The position numbers were made by a program, and so were the translations under genes. DNA of 26,098 nucleotides, from assembly GCA_014382465.1 (NCBI GenBank), contig JACNJP010000224.1, positions 9,560 through 35,657 on the forward strand, given 5' to 3'. The notes beneath the pieces were generated by a model. It did not search any database and was not told where the DNA came from. It was given only the letters and a program-made list of their open reading frames with translations. This document shows, piece after piece, positions 1 through 8,182 of this stretch; within the stretch, counting starts at the first letter, position 1; each line of letters opens with the position of its first letter. Origin of the DNA: Planctomycetota bacterium. GTDB lineage: Bacteria; Planctomycetota; UBA1135.

Positions 1-850
1 GAAGGGGGGGGGGGTGGTGGGCGTGGGGGTGGGGGGGGAGGTGGCGGCCCCCGCCACGGGGGGCGGGGCCGGCGACGGGGTTGGGGTTCAGCAGCACCGG
101 CGGCAGGGCCTCGGCCGAGAGGTGGATGGCGTCGAAGCTCCAGCCGTGAAGGTCGGGGCTGTTGCCCGACTGCAGGCGGATCTCGTTGAAGGTCAGGTCC
201 GCGACCGTGGTGTCGAGGTCGGGGGCGGTGACCGCCGGATCGGGGTGGCTGGCGGCTGGGTCCAGCCACAACCGGACGCGCTCGTCGCCGGTTTGGAAGT
301 CGATGCGGTAGACCAGGTGGGTCTGGTTCAGCACGCTGGAGCCGGGGACGGTCAGCGCCGGGGAGCCGGGGCTCTCGAGCCCCCACTCGGTGGTGCCGCT
401 GGGGCTGCCGAGGAACAGCTGCTCGGCCACCAACCACAGGTTGAGCGACAGGCCGCCGTAGTCGTCGTTGCTGCTGAGGTCGCGCACCGACAGGAAGCTG
501 ACGTAGACCACCGAGCCGTCGACGCCGAGCTCGAGGTTCGGGTCGACCAGGGAGCCGAGGTCGGCGGTGTCGATCTTGCGGTAGGAGCCGTCGTTGTCGC
601 GGACGGTCTTGGCGCGGTTGCCGCGGGCGTCGAGGCCGGGAGCCTCGACCATGGCGGCGTAGCCGCTGAGGCCGGAGTACCACTTGTCGGCCCAGCCGAA
701 GCCGCCGTCGGGCGGCGTGACGAAGCCGAGCGGGCCGGGGGCGTACTCGAAGCTCTCGGCGGCGAAGGTCTCGTAGATCTGGGCCCGGAGATCGGCGCCG
801 GTGAAGGCGGCGGCGCCGGCTAGCAGGAGGGCGAACGGAAGGGTCTTCAT
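1..850 (-). CDS. Secreted hypothetical protein, probable beta-sandwich domain; 3' end runs off the window
   Basis: Not in the ORF track because no stop lies in the window. ATG at 850 reads MKTLPFALLLAGAAAFTGADLRA-QIYETFAAESFEY..., a signal-peptide-like start, and the frame stays open with GC-rich third positions (..LVYRIDFQTGDERVRLWLDP..LTFNEIRLQSG..WSFDAIHL). It starts 23 nt after the GH13 stop. The last ~70 nt look degraded. Confidence 0.8.
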   Translation of the reverse strand, partial: MKTLPFALLLAGAAAFTGADLRAQIYETFAAESFEYAPGPLGFVTPPDGGFGWADKWYSGLSGYAAMVEAPGLDARGNRAKTVRDNDGSYRKIDTADLGSLVDPNLELGVDGSVVYVSFLSVRDLSSNDDYGGLSLNLWLVAEQLFLGSPSGTTEWGLESPGSPALTVPGSSVLNQTHLVYRIDFQTGDERVRLWLDPAASHPDPAVTAPDLDTTVADLTFNEIRLQSGNSPDLHGWSFDAIHLSAEALPPVLLNPNPVAGPAPRGGGRHLPPHPHAHHPPPL

Positions 851-873
851 GGCGAAGGGGTGAGGGAGCGGGT

Positions 874-3060
874 TCACTGCGAGAGGATCACGACCGAGTA
901 GGGGCCGACGCCGATGTCGCCGGTGTAGGGCATGCCGTCGCGGCCCTGGTTGAGGGCCGTGAAGTCCAGGCTCGGGTGGTCGCCGAAGGCGGGGTCGTAG
1001 CCGCTCCAATCGCTGTTGAAGCGCACGCGCCAGGTGCCGCCGCGGGGGACGCCGAAGAGGTAGCTGGGATAGGAGCGGTTGGCCATGTTGACGACGACGA
1101 TCACGTCGTCGCCGGCGCCGCCCTGGTCCCAGCGGTGGAACACCACCACCTTGTCGTTGTCGTTGACGTGGTGGACGTTCACGCCCTGGCCCTTGAGCCC
1201 GGCTGTGTCGTCGTTCCAGTCGCGCCGCAGCCGGATCAGGTCGCGGTAGAGGTCGTGGATGCCGGCGAAGGTGGTGAGCTTGTTCCAGTCGACCGGGTCG
1301 GTGTCGGAGAAGAAGCCGTCTTCGAGGATCTCCTGGCCCTGGAAGATCATCGGCACACCGGGGCTGGTCATGACCAACGCGGCGCCGAGGGTGCTGCGCT
1401 TCTTGGAGTACCAGCTCGCGGCGTTGCCGGGCCAGATCTCCTCGGGGACGCGCGACTTGCCGTTGGCGACCTCGTCGTGCGACTCGGTGTAGATCACGCG
1501 TTGGGTGGCGTCGCCGTTGTAGTTGTGCGTGATGGCGTCGCGCACCGACCACATGTCGCGGTTGTTGTCGTTGGGGTCGATGATCGCGGCGCGGACCGGG
1601 TGGACGAACTCGGCGTCCCACTGGCTGTCGAAGCCTGCGCCGCCGGCGCTGGTCGGCCTGGTGATCCAGGCGTTGTTCCACATGTCCTCGGCGATGTTGA
1701 TCTTCCAGCCCTGCGAGGCGTCGATGTCGTCGTTGATCCACTGCAGCAGCGACCAGGCCTCGGGGATGTCGCCGAGCGGGCCGTTGCGCATGTAGGAGGT
1801 CGAGTCCCAGCGCAGGCCGTCGGCGCGGTAGTCCGAGAGCCAGTTCATGGCGTTGTCGCGGATGTATTGGCGGACCTCGGGGCGGCTGTAGTCGGGGCGG
1901 GTGTCGCCCCACGGCGTCTGGGCGCGGACGTCGTTGTAGAAGTAGATGCCGCCGTAGCCGCCGGCCGACCAGCCGTCGAACTGCCACAGGTCGAGGTCGC
2001 CCGGGCCGTAGTGGTTGTGGATGAGGTCGAGCACCACGGCGATGCCGTGCTCGTGGGCGTCCCTGATGAAGCCCTTGAGGCCCTCCGGGCCGCCGTAGTG
2101 GCTCTCCACCGCCCACGGCTGGGACGGGTTGTAGCCCCACGAGTAGTTGCCGGGGAACTCCATCACCGGCATCAGCTCGATGACGTTGACGCCGAGGTCC
2201 TGGAGGTAGGCCAGCTTCTGCCGCGCGCTGGCGAAGGTCCCGGGCTGGCCGCCGGGCTGGTCGTTGAAGGTGCCGGCGTGCAGCTCGTAAACGACCATGT
2301 CGTTCCACGCCGGGGTGCTCCAGCTCTGGGTGCCCCAGTCGAAGTCTTGGTGGTCGTAGACCACGGTGTCGCCGACCGAGCTGGTGACGCGGTGGGCGCG
2401 CGGGTCGTTGCGCCACTGGGTGAAGGCGCCGGTGTCGATGACGTACTGGTACTCGGCGCCGGGGGTGACGTTGCGGACGTCGATCGACCAGTTGCCGTTG
2501 CCCTCGCCGACCAGCGGGTTGAGGCTCGACGACCAGTTGTTGAAGCTGCCGGCGATCGTGACCGCGGCGGCGTTCGGCGCCCACACCCGGAAGGCGGTGC
2601 CGGCGGCGCCCGGGACCGGCGACGGGTAGGGGTTCGCGCCCATGCCGTCGTGCTGCGACGGGATCAGCTCGCGGCCGTAGCTGATCTGGTACTGGGTGCC
2701 CTCGGGCCGCCAGACGCCGACGTGCCAGGTGCCGCTGGTCAGGACCGCGGCGGTCTGGCCGTTGAGGACGATGCTCTCGTCGCTGGTGCCCGGGACCGCG
2801 GAGCGGGCGTCGAAGCTGGTGTGGCTCGGACGCCTGGCCTTGCGCAGATAGAGGTCGGCGCCGCCGCCGGAGACCTGGGTGGTGGCGACGCGGATCTGCG
2901 GGTCGCCGTCCCACACCGTGAATTGGTAGTGGTCCCAGCCCGCCTTGGCCGGCGGCGCCGGAGCCAGGGGCTGCCGCGGGCTGACCTGCTGGGCGGACAG
3001 CGTCCCCGCGAAGAGCAGGAGCAGGCTGAGGGGCAGGCGGGGGAAGCGGATCGAGGCCAT
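874..3060 (-). CDS. Secreted GH13 alpha-amylase-family enzyme (signal peptide + PPC-like domain + CBM48 + GH13 catalytic domain; branching-enzyme/TreZ-like)
   Basis: CBM48 motif FRVWAPNA..AGSFNNW; GH13 motifs VYELHAGTF, IELMPV, WGYNP, DLIHNH, GLRWD (nucleophile), IAED (acid/base), ESHDE. Start moved to ATG 3060, which gives the signal peptide MASIRFPRLPLSLLLLFAGTLSA. N-terminal GADLYLR..DESI..GTWHVGV resembles a PPC domain. Confidence 0.92.
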   Translation of the reverse strand: MASIRFPRLPLSLLLLFAGTLSAQQVSPRQPLAPAPPAKAGWDHYQFTVWDGDPQIRVATTQVSGGGADLYLRKARRPSHTSFDARSAVPGTSDESIVLNGQTAAVLTSGTWHVGVWRPEGTQYQISYGRELIPSQHDGMGANPYPSPVPGAAGTAFRVWAPNAAAVTIAGSFNNWSSSLNPLVGEGNGNWSIDVRNVTPGAEYQYVIDTGAFTQWRNDPRAHRVTSSVGDTVVYDHQDFDWGTQSWSTPAWNDMVVYELHAGTFNDQPGGQPGTFASARQKLAYLQDLGVNVIELMPVMEFPGNYSWGYNPSQPWAVESHYGGPEGLKGFIRDAHEHGIAVVLDLIHNHYGPGDLDLWQFDGWSAGGYGGIYFYNDVRAQTPWGDTRPDYSRPEVRQYIRDNAMNWLSDYRADGLRWDSTSYMRNGPLGDIPEAWSLLQWINDDIDASQGWKINIAEDMWNNAWITRPTSAGGAGFDSQWDAEFVHPVRAAIIDPNDNNRDMWSVRDAITHNYNGDATQRVIYTESHDEVANGKSRVPEEIWPGNAASWYSKKRSTLGAALVMTSPGVPMIFQGQEILEDGFFSDTDPVDWNKLTTFAGIHDLYRDLIRLRRDWNDDTAGLKGQGVNVHHVNDNDKVVVFHRWDQGGAGDDVIVVVNMANRSYPSYLFGVPRGGTWRVRFNSDWSGYDPAFGDHPSLDFTALNQGRDGMPYTGDIGVGPYSVVILSQ

Positions 3061-3120
3061 GGGGGGTCCGCGGACGAAGGTCGATGCTAACGGAAAGCCG
3101 GGGGTTTGAGGGGGTCCTTT

Positions 3121-3142
3121 TGAAATTTGCCCCAAGATTTCA
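3121..3142. promoter_or_regulatory. Palindromic candidate operator TGAAAT-N10-ATTTCA in the divergent promoter region
   Basis: Perfect 6-bp inverted repeat in an AT-rich island. It is flanked by -10-like hexamers TAGCAT (minus strand, 3089-3084) and TATTCT (plus strand, 3173-3178) at 31 and 30 nt. Confidence 0.55.
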
Positions 3143-3287
3143 TTAAGCCGTGGCGCGCGGCTCGTGAAGTCCTATTCTACCCAGGAACAAGCCTCCCGGC
3201 TTGGCTCCCGCCGCCGTCCGGCCGCCTTCTGGGCCCCCCAGGGCCAGAGACTTGCCTTTCCCGGTCCTTGGGCCGACATTCACCCCC

Positions 3288-4148
3288 ATGCCTCTGGAAA
3301 TCGTCGATCAGGGCGAAGGACGCTGGCTGGTCACCTTCCGCTACCGCTCCCCCGGCCCTGCCGCCGAACCGCGGCGGCGCCCGGTCAGCCTGGCGGGGAC
3401 CTTCAACGACTGGGACCCTGGAGCCACCCCGATGGCCCTGGAGGCCGCCGGGGAGTGGTGGACGGTCACGCTGGACCTGCCGGAGGGGGAGCACCTCTAC
3501 AAGTTCGTCCTCGACGAGGAGGAGTGGGAGCCCGATCCGGACAACCCCGCCACCCTGGAGGACGCCTTCCTCGGCACCAACTCGGTGCTGGAGCTGGGCC
3601 GCCTGGCCGGCCGGCTGCCGTCGCTGTCGGTGGAGAGCGACCACCAGTGGCGGGCGGTGACCTCGCCGCGCCGGCTCGAGATCATGGAATTCCTGCTCTC
3701 GGCCGCCCCGTGCTCGGTCGCCGCGCTCGCCGAGGTCATGGACGCCGCCGCCGACGGCCTCTACCACCACCTTCGCATCCTGCGCAAGGCCGGGCTGGTC
3801 CGCGAGGTCGGCAAGGTCGACGTCGCCGGCCGCGCGGTGCCGGTCTTCGACGTCGTCGCCCGCGAGCTGCGCTTCCTCGGCACGGAGGACCCCGAGCGCC
3901 TGGTCGCCCTGTGGCGCTGCCTCGGCCGCCGCGCCACCCGCATGCTCCAGGCCGCCGGCGACCCCGGAGAGACCCGCCTCTCCCTCCGCTCCGACACCGG
4001 CTGGCTCGACGACGAGATGTTCGGCAAGGTCCGCAAGCACCTGCTCCACATCCACCGCATCTTCGCCGAAGGCCGCCAAAGCCGCGTCGGCTCCCTCTAC
4101 TCCCTCACCCACCTCCTCTCCCCCATCGAGAGGTCGAGACGCAATTAG
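3288..4148 (+). CDS. CBM48 (AMPK-beta-like glycogen-binding) domain fused to an ArsR-like winged HTH; putative transcription regulator
   Basis: N-half has VSLAGTFNDW, YKFVLDEEEW, DPDNP and GTNSVL. C-half has SPRRLEIMEFL..SVAALAEVM..GLYHHLRILRKAGLV. No TM segment or signal peptide. Start set at ATG 3288; the upstream in-frame extension is low-complexity. Confidence 0.85.
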   Translation: MPLEIVDQGEGRWLVTFRYRSPGPAAEPRRRPVSLAGTFNDWDPGATPMALEAAGEWWTVTLDLPEGEHLYKFVLDEEEWEPDPDNPATLEDAFLGTNSVLELGRLAGRLPSLSVESDHQWRAVTSPRRLEIMEFLLSAAPCSVAALAEVMDAAADGLYHHLRILRKAGLVREVGKVDVAGRAVPVFDVVARELRFLGTEDPERLVALWRCLGRRATRMLQAAGDPGETRLSLRSDTGWLDDEMFGKVRKHLLHIHRIFAEGRQSRVGSLYSLTHLLSPIERSRRN

Positions 4149-4184
4149 GGGTCAGACATCGATTGAAATGGGAGGTACGACCCC
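4143..4184. repeat. REP-like intergenic repeat arm AATTAGGGGTCAGACATCGATTG with a degenerate partner GACCCC
   Basis: 4143-4165 is identical over 23 nt to 24699-24721. GGGGTC (4148-4153) can pair with GACCCC (4179-4184). It lies between convergent genes and contains the TAG stop of the upstream gene. Confidence 0.8.
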
Positions 4185-4189
4185 GGTTT

Positions 4190-5503
4190 CTACCTGATGT
4201 AGTGGCGGGCGCGGAAGGCTAGCCAGGCGGTCTGGAGGAGGCCGCCGACGACGAAGGTGCAGACGGCGAACAGGATGCCGGTCCAGCCGCTCCAGGCGAC
4301 GCCGGCGGCCAGGCCGACGACCGCGACGATGACGTAGAGCAGCACCGCTTCGGTGATCCCGCGAGTCTTGCGCTCGTGGACCAGGACGCCCTGGAACCAG
4401 CTCTGGAGCGCCTGGTAGGCCGGCATCAGCACGGCGAAGAGGATCGCCGACGCGGCCAGCGCCGCCAGCTCGGGCCGCAGGCCGTAGACGCTGCGGAACA
4501 TCATCTCCCCGAGCGGGGTGACCGCCAGCACCGCCAGCAGTCCAGCGGTCGTGGCTCCCAGGACGTAGGCGAAGCGACGGAGGGCGCGCGCGGCGCCCGG
4601 CTCGCCGAGCAGCGCCACCACCACCTCGTTGTAGGCGAAGCCGGTCGAGCGCAGCAGGAACACCAGGCCGTGCACCGAGCTCCACACCGCCAGCGACGGC
4701 AGCGCGTCCGGCATGCGGCTCATGGCGGCCGAACCCGCCGGCTGGATCAGCAGCGTCAGCAGCGGCGTCATCGCCAGCGGCAGGTAGAAGCGGGTGAAGG
4801 AGCGGCGCGAGAGCGGCTCCTTGCCCGGCGCGGCGACGAATACCCGCTGCCGAAGCACCGGCTGCACGCACCAGCCGGCGAACACCGCCTCGGCCGTCAC
4901 CCCCGCGGCGATCGCCAGCGAGCCGACGACGATGCCCGGCCCGATCTCGAAGTACTTGCCGCCGGCCAGAAAGCCGACCACCGTCACCATGCGCACGAAG
5001 GTGCCCGCGGCCACCAGCCGCGAGCGCTCGAAGCGGATCAGCACGCCCTGCTGGAAGCGCCGGTAGGCGATCGCCGCGGTCCACGGCAGCATGATCTTCA
5101 GGCCCAGCCGCCCCGGCTCGAGCACCTCCGCCGGCGCCCCGATCCAGCCGCTGGCGACCAGGTCGTAGAGCGGCGTGAAGGCGACCGCCGCGTGCAGCAG
5201 CGTCAGCAGCCCCGAGCTCCACCACATGAAGCGGCGCACCTTGCGGTAGGCCTCGCCGTCGACGCACAGCGCGGTCGACGCCGCCAGCAGCATGATGATC
5301 GGCCCCTCCACCACCAGCGCCACCGGGAACACCACCGAGCCCCAGGCGGCCAATTGGATATCCTGGTCCGCCATGCGCGCCACGAACATCGTGAACAGCG
5401 GCGACTCGCAGCCCATCAGGCCCCAGCTCAAGGCCAGCGGGAACCACAGCCGGAAGACGCGCCCGAGCCCGACCGGTGCGCGCGGGTCAGCGGGACCGGC
5501 CAA
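4190..5503 (-). CDS. ANKH-like / MATE (MOP) superfamily multi-pass membrane transporter
   Basis: Hydrophobic protein with a two-fold internal repeat (LWFPLALSWGLMGCESPLFTMFVAR and FYLPLAMTPLLTLLIQPAGSAAMSR). The W-x-PLAL...P...FV-x-R pattern matches the ANKH/MATE repeat start as I recall it. TTG start directly abuts the purF TGA. Confidence 0.75.
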   Translation of the reverse strand: MAGPADPRAPVGLGRVFRLWFPLALSWGLMGCESPLFTMFVARMADQDIQLAAWGSVVFPVALVVEGPIIMLLAASTALCVDGEAYRKVRRFMWWSSGLLTLLHAAVAFTPLYDLVASGWIGAPAEVLEPGRLGLKIMLPWTAAIAYRRFQQGVLIRFERSRLVAAGTFVRMVTVVGFLAGGKYFEIGPGIVVGSLAIAAGVTAEAVFAGWCVQPVLRQRVFVAAPGKEPLSRRSFTRFYLPLAMTPLLTLLIQPAGSAAMSRMPDALPSLAVWSSVHGLVFLLRSTGFAYNEVVVALLGEPGAARALRRFAYVLGATTAGLLAVLAVTPLGEMMFRSVYGLRPELAALAASAILFAVLMPAYQALQSWFQGVLVHERKTRGITEAVLLYVIVAVVGLAAGVAWSGWTGILFAVCTFVVGGLLQTAWLAFRARHYIR

Positions 5504-6955
5504 TCAGCGCGCCGTCGCCCGCTCGGCTGCCAGCGCCTCGAGGTGCTCGGCGGCGTCGGCGGTGGGGTAGTCGCCGGTGAAGCAGCCGCTGCAGAAGGCC
5601 TTGACCTCGGGGTTGCCGGCGCGCGCCGCCTCGACCATGCTGTCGAGCTCCAGGTACACCAGGTGGTCGGCGCCGATCTCCTCGCGGATGGCCTCGTTGT
5701 CCTTGCCGCGGGCGATGAAGTCGTCCTCGGTCGCCATGTCGATGCCGTACGGGCACGGCGCGATCAGCGCCGGGCTGGTGACGGCCATGTAGACCTTGCG
5801 GGCGCCGGCGGCGCGGGCGATCTCGATGATCTTGCGGCTGGTGTTGCCGCGCACGATCGAGTCGTCGACCAGCAGCACGTCCTTGCCCTCGAACTCCAGC
5901 GGGATCGGGTTCAGCTTGCGCCGGATGGCGTCGCGCCGCTGCTGCTGATTGGGCATGATGAAGGTCCGGCCGACGTAGCGGTTCTTGATGAAGCCCTCGC
6001 GGTAGCTGATCTTCAGCTCCTGCGCCATGCGCATCGCCGCGTCGCGCGAGGAGTCCGGGATCGGGATCACCACGTCCGGGATCGGCGCGCCGCTCTCCAG
6101 CCACTGCTTGCCCAGGGCCTTGCCGAAGCGCCGCCGCGTCTTGTAGACGCTGATCTCGTCCAGGAAGCTGTCCGGCCGGGCGAAGTAGACCAGCTCGAAG
6201 ATGCACGGCCGGTGGGCCTTCTCCAGCACCTGGACGAACACCGGCTCCTCGCCGGGCCGGACGATGAAGACCTCGCCGGGCTTGAGGTCGCGCACCCGCT
6301 TGAAGCCGATGACGTCGAAGGCGACGCTCTCCGAGGCGGCGCACCACTCGGTGCCGCTCGGCGTGTCCCGGCGGCCGACCACGCAGGGTTTGATCCCGAC
6401 CGGGTCGCGGAAGGCGAACAGGTAGTTCTCGGACAGGATCCCGCCGACCGAGTAGGCCCCCTTGGTGCGGTGGAACACGCCCTCGACCGCCACCCTGATG
6501 CGGTCCTCCATCGACGCCAGCGGGTCGGCGGCGTTCAGCGCCTGGGCGAAGGCGTAGAGGATCGCCTCGACGTCGCAGGAGCTGGTCAGGCAGATGTTCT
6601 CCTGCGGGAACAGCCGGCCCTTGAGGTCGAGGAAGTTGGTCAGGTTGCCGTTGTGGGCCATCCCCACCCCGAAGGGGTAGTTGATGTAGAACGGCTGCGC
6701 GTCCTCGTCGCTGCCCATCCCCACGGTCGGATAGCGCACGTGTCCCACCGCCAGGTTGCCCTTCAGGCGCAGCATGTCCTGCGCCCGGAAGATGTCGCGC
6801 ACCATGCCGTTCTGCTTGCGCAGGTGGAACTTGCCGTCGTAGCTGAGGATCCCCGCGGCGTCCTGGCCGCGGTGCTGGAGCGCGATCAAGCCCTCGTAGA
6901 GCTCGGCCGCGACGTCGGTTCCGGGGAGGCCGGCGATGCCGATGAAGCCGCACAT
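5504..6955 (-). CDS. purF: Amidophosphoribosyltransferase
   Basis: N-terminal MCG (Ntn catalytic Cys), LQHRGQDAAG, GHVRYPT, AHNGNLTN, IFELVYFARPDS, IKNRYVGRTFI, PRPP-binding LLVDDSIVRGNT, PCPYGIDM. Confidence 0.98.
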   Translation of the reverse strand: MCGFIGIAGLPGTDVAAELYEGLIALQHRGQDAAGILSYDGKFHLRKQNGMVRDIFRAQDMLRLKGNLAVGHVRYPTVGMGSDEDAQPFYINYPFGVGMAHNGNLTNFLDLKGRLFPQENICLTSSCDVEAILYAFAQALNAADPLASMEDRIRVAVEGVFHRTKGAYSVGGILSENYLFAFRDPVGIKPCVVGRRDTPSGTEWCAASESVAFDVIGFKRVRDLKPGEVFIVRPGEEPVFVQVLEKAHRPCIFELVYFARPDSFLDEISVYKTRRRFGKALGKQWLESGAPIPDVVIPIPDSSRDAAMRMAQELKISYREGFIKNRYVGRTFIMPNQQQRRDAIRRKLNPIPLEFEGKDVLLVDDSIVRGNTSRKIIEIARAAGARKVYMAVTSPALIAPCPYGIDMATEDDFIARGKDNEAIREEIGADHLVYLELDSMVEAARAGNPEVKAFCSGCFTGDYPTADAAEHLEALAAERATAR

Positions 6956-6964
6956 GTGCCGCGC

Positions 6965-6970
6965 ATTCTA
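6965..6970 (-). promoter_or_regulatory. -10-like TAGAAT 9 nt upstream of the purF ATG, overlapping the mnmH stop codon
   Basis: Plus-strand ATTCTA at 6965-6970. No Shine-Dalgarno before the ATG at 6955. Confidence 0.45.
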
Positions 6971-8125
6971 TCCGCCGGACGCTCCGCCCCCGCCGCCGCA
7001 GGCCGGACGCAATGCGAGCAGTTGCGCCACCAATTGCGGCTGCTCGGCGTCGATCTCCAGGGCCCACCGCCGGCGCTGGTCGTGGTGACCGTAGCGGGGG
7101 TCGTAGTAGCGCTCGAGCAGGACCTCGGCGACCCGGCGCCAGTCCCCCTGGTCGAGCCAGGCCGAGAGCTGCCCGGTCCACTTCTTCCCCAGCCGCTTCT
7201 CGAGGAACGGCAGCCGGTCCCGCAGCTCCGAGGCGTGCTCCTGGGTCGGCAGGTAGTCGGCCGCCAGCACGCCGACGCGGTGCTCCAGCGAGCCGTCGAT
7301 CCGCACCTGGACCGCCGCCTCCATGGCCTCGAACAAGGGCTCCGGCACCACCGCGTCCCCGACCTTGCGGCTCTCGCCCTCGACGAACCACGGCGGCGGG
7401 CCGAGCTGGGCCAGGCGGGCGATCAAGGCGGTCTCGAAGGCCTTCTGGCTCACGGGCGCGAGCCCGACGTCGCCCAGGACCGACGACCGGTGCTGGGCGA
7501 AGCCCTCCAGATCGATCGTGGTGCCGGGGGCCTCGCGCTCGATCGCCGCCAGGATGCGGGTCTTCCCGACCCCGGTCGGCCCGCGCAGCACGATCAGCGG
7601 CATCGTCGGCTCCAGCTCCACCAGCCGCTGCCGGACCCAGGCGCGGTAGGCCTTGTAGCCGCCGCTCAGATGGACCGCCCGCCGCTCCCCGAGCGCCTGG
7701 AGCAGCGCCACCACCGAGCGGGAGCGCATGCCGCCGCGCCAGCAGTTGAGCACGATCGGCGAAGCCGGCAGCGGATCCGGCGCGGTCCACTCGACCGCCT
7801 CCTGGAACCGGCCGTCGCGGCCCCAGGCGGTCAATTCGCGGAAGCGCGGACGCCACGCATCGGCGGCCACGGGCACGTCCAGGACCTCCTCCAGCAGCCC
7901 GGCGAGCCGCTCCTCGACCATCTCCAGTCCGGCCTCGTAAGCCGCGTCGGCCGACTCCTTCGCATACAGCGTGCCGACCACCGCCCGCTGGCGGTCGTCG
8001 AAGAGGGGGACGTTGACCGCTCCCGGCAGGTGGTCCTCGGCGAACTCCCGCGGGCTGCGCAGGTCCACGAATCGCACTCCAGGGAGGCGGACGGCCGCCT
8101 CGTAAGGAAGCGTCGGAAGCCGCAT
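6968..8125 (-). CDS. mnmH: tRNA 2-selenouridine synthase
   Basis: Rhodanese domain VDLRSPREF..HLPGAVNVPLF, CWRGGMRS, GGYKAYR, P-loop GPTGVGKT, IDLEGFAQHRSS, EGESRKVG. Start set at ATG 8125. Confidence 0.93.
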   Translation of the reverse strand: MRLPTLPYEAAVRLPGVRFVDLRSPREFAEDHLPGAVNVPLFDDRQRAVVGTLYAKESADAAYEAGLEMVEERLAGLLEEVLDVPVAADAWRPRFRELTAWGRDGRFQEAVEWTAPDPLPASPIVLNCWRGGMRSRSVVALLQALGERRAVHLSGGYKAYRAWVRQRLVELEPTMPLIVLRGPTGVGKTRILAAIEREAPGTTIDLEGFAQHRSSVLGDVGLAPVSQKAFETALIARLAQLGPPPWFVEGESRKVGDAVVPEPLFEAMEAAVQVRIDGSLEHRVGVLAADYLPTQEHASELRDRLPFLEKRLGKKWTGQLSAWLDQGDWRRVAEVLLERYYDPRYGHHDQRRRWALEIDAEQPQLVAQLLALRPACGGGGGASGG

Positions 8126-8152
8126 GAGAACTGGCAATTCTAGCGATCGGGC

Positions 8153-8182
8153 CCTCAAGCGGAGCTTTCCGCCGAGCCGATG
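8153..8182 (+). promoter_or_regulatory. Promoter motif CCTCAAGnGGAGC-N10-GCCGATG (FliA/WhiG sigma28-like), copy 1
   Basis: The same boxes recur with identical spacing at 10113-10142. GCCGAT matches the sigma28 -10 core. Confidence 0.55.

Noticed and set aside
1-75. G-rich low-complexity tract that could be read as a G-quadruplex or a Pro/His-rich tail
   Set aside because: It sits at the window edge where the coding pattern of the 850 gene collapses into G runs. This is most consistent with degraded base calls at a contig end.
3061-3135. Track N-terminal extensions of GH13, and similarly of the regulator, mnmH, the sulfatase-like, DUF3106-like, anti-sigma and ECF ORFs
   Set aside because: The extensions are low-complexity, run through promoter elements or neighbouring genes, and would bury signal peptides. 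Downstream starts fit better.
4376-8143. 1255-aa plus-strand ORF, and likewise 976..3090, 15781..18000, 20061..21713, 21032..22417 and 23417..24448
   Set aside because: These are antisense to well-supported genes and contain no independent domain signal.
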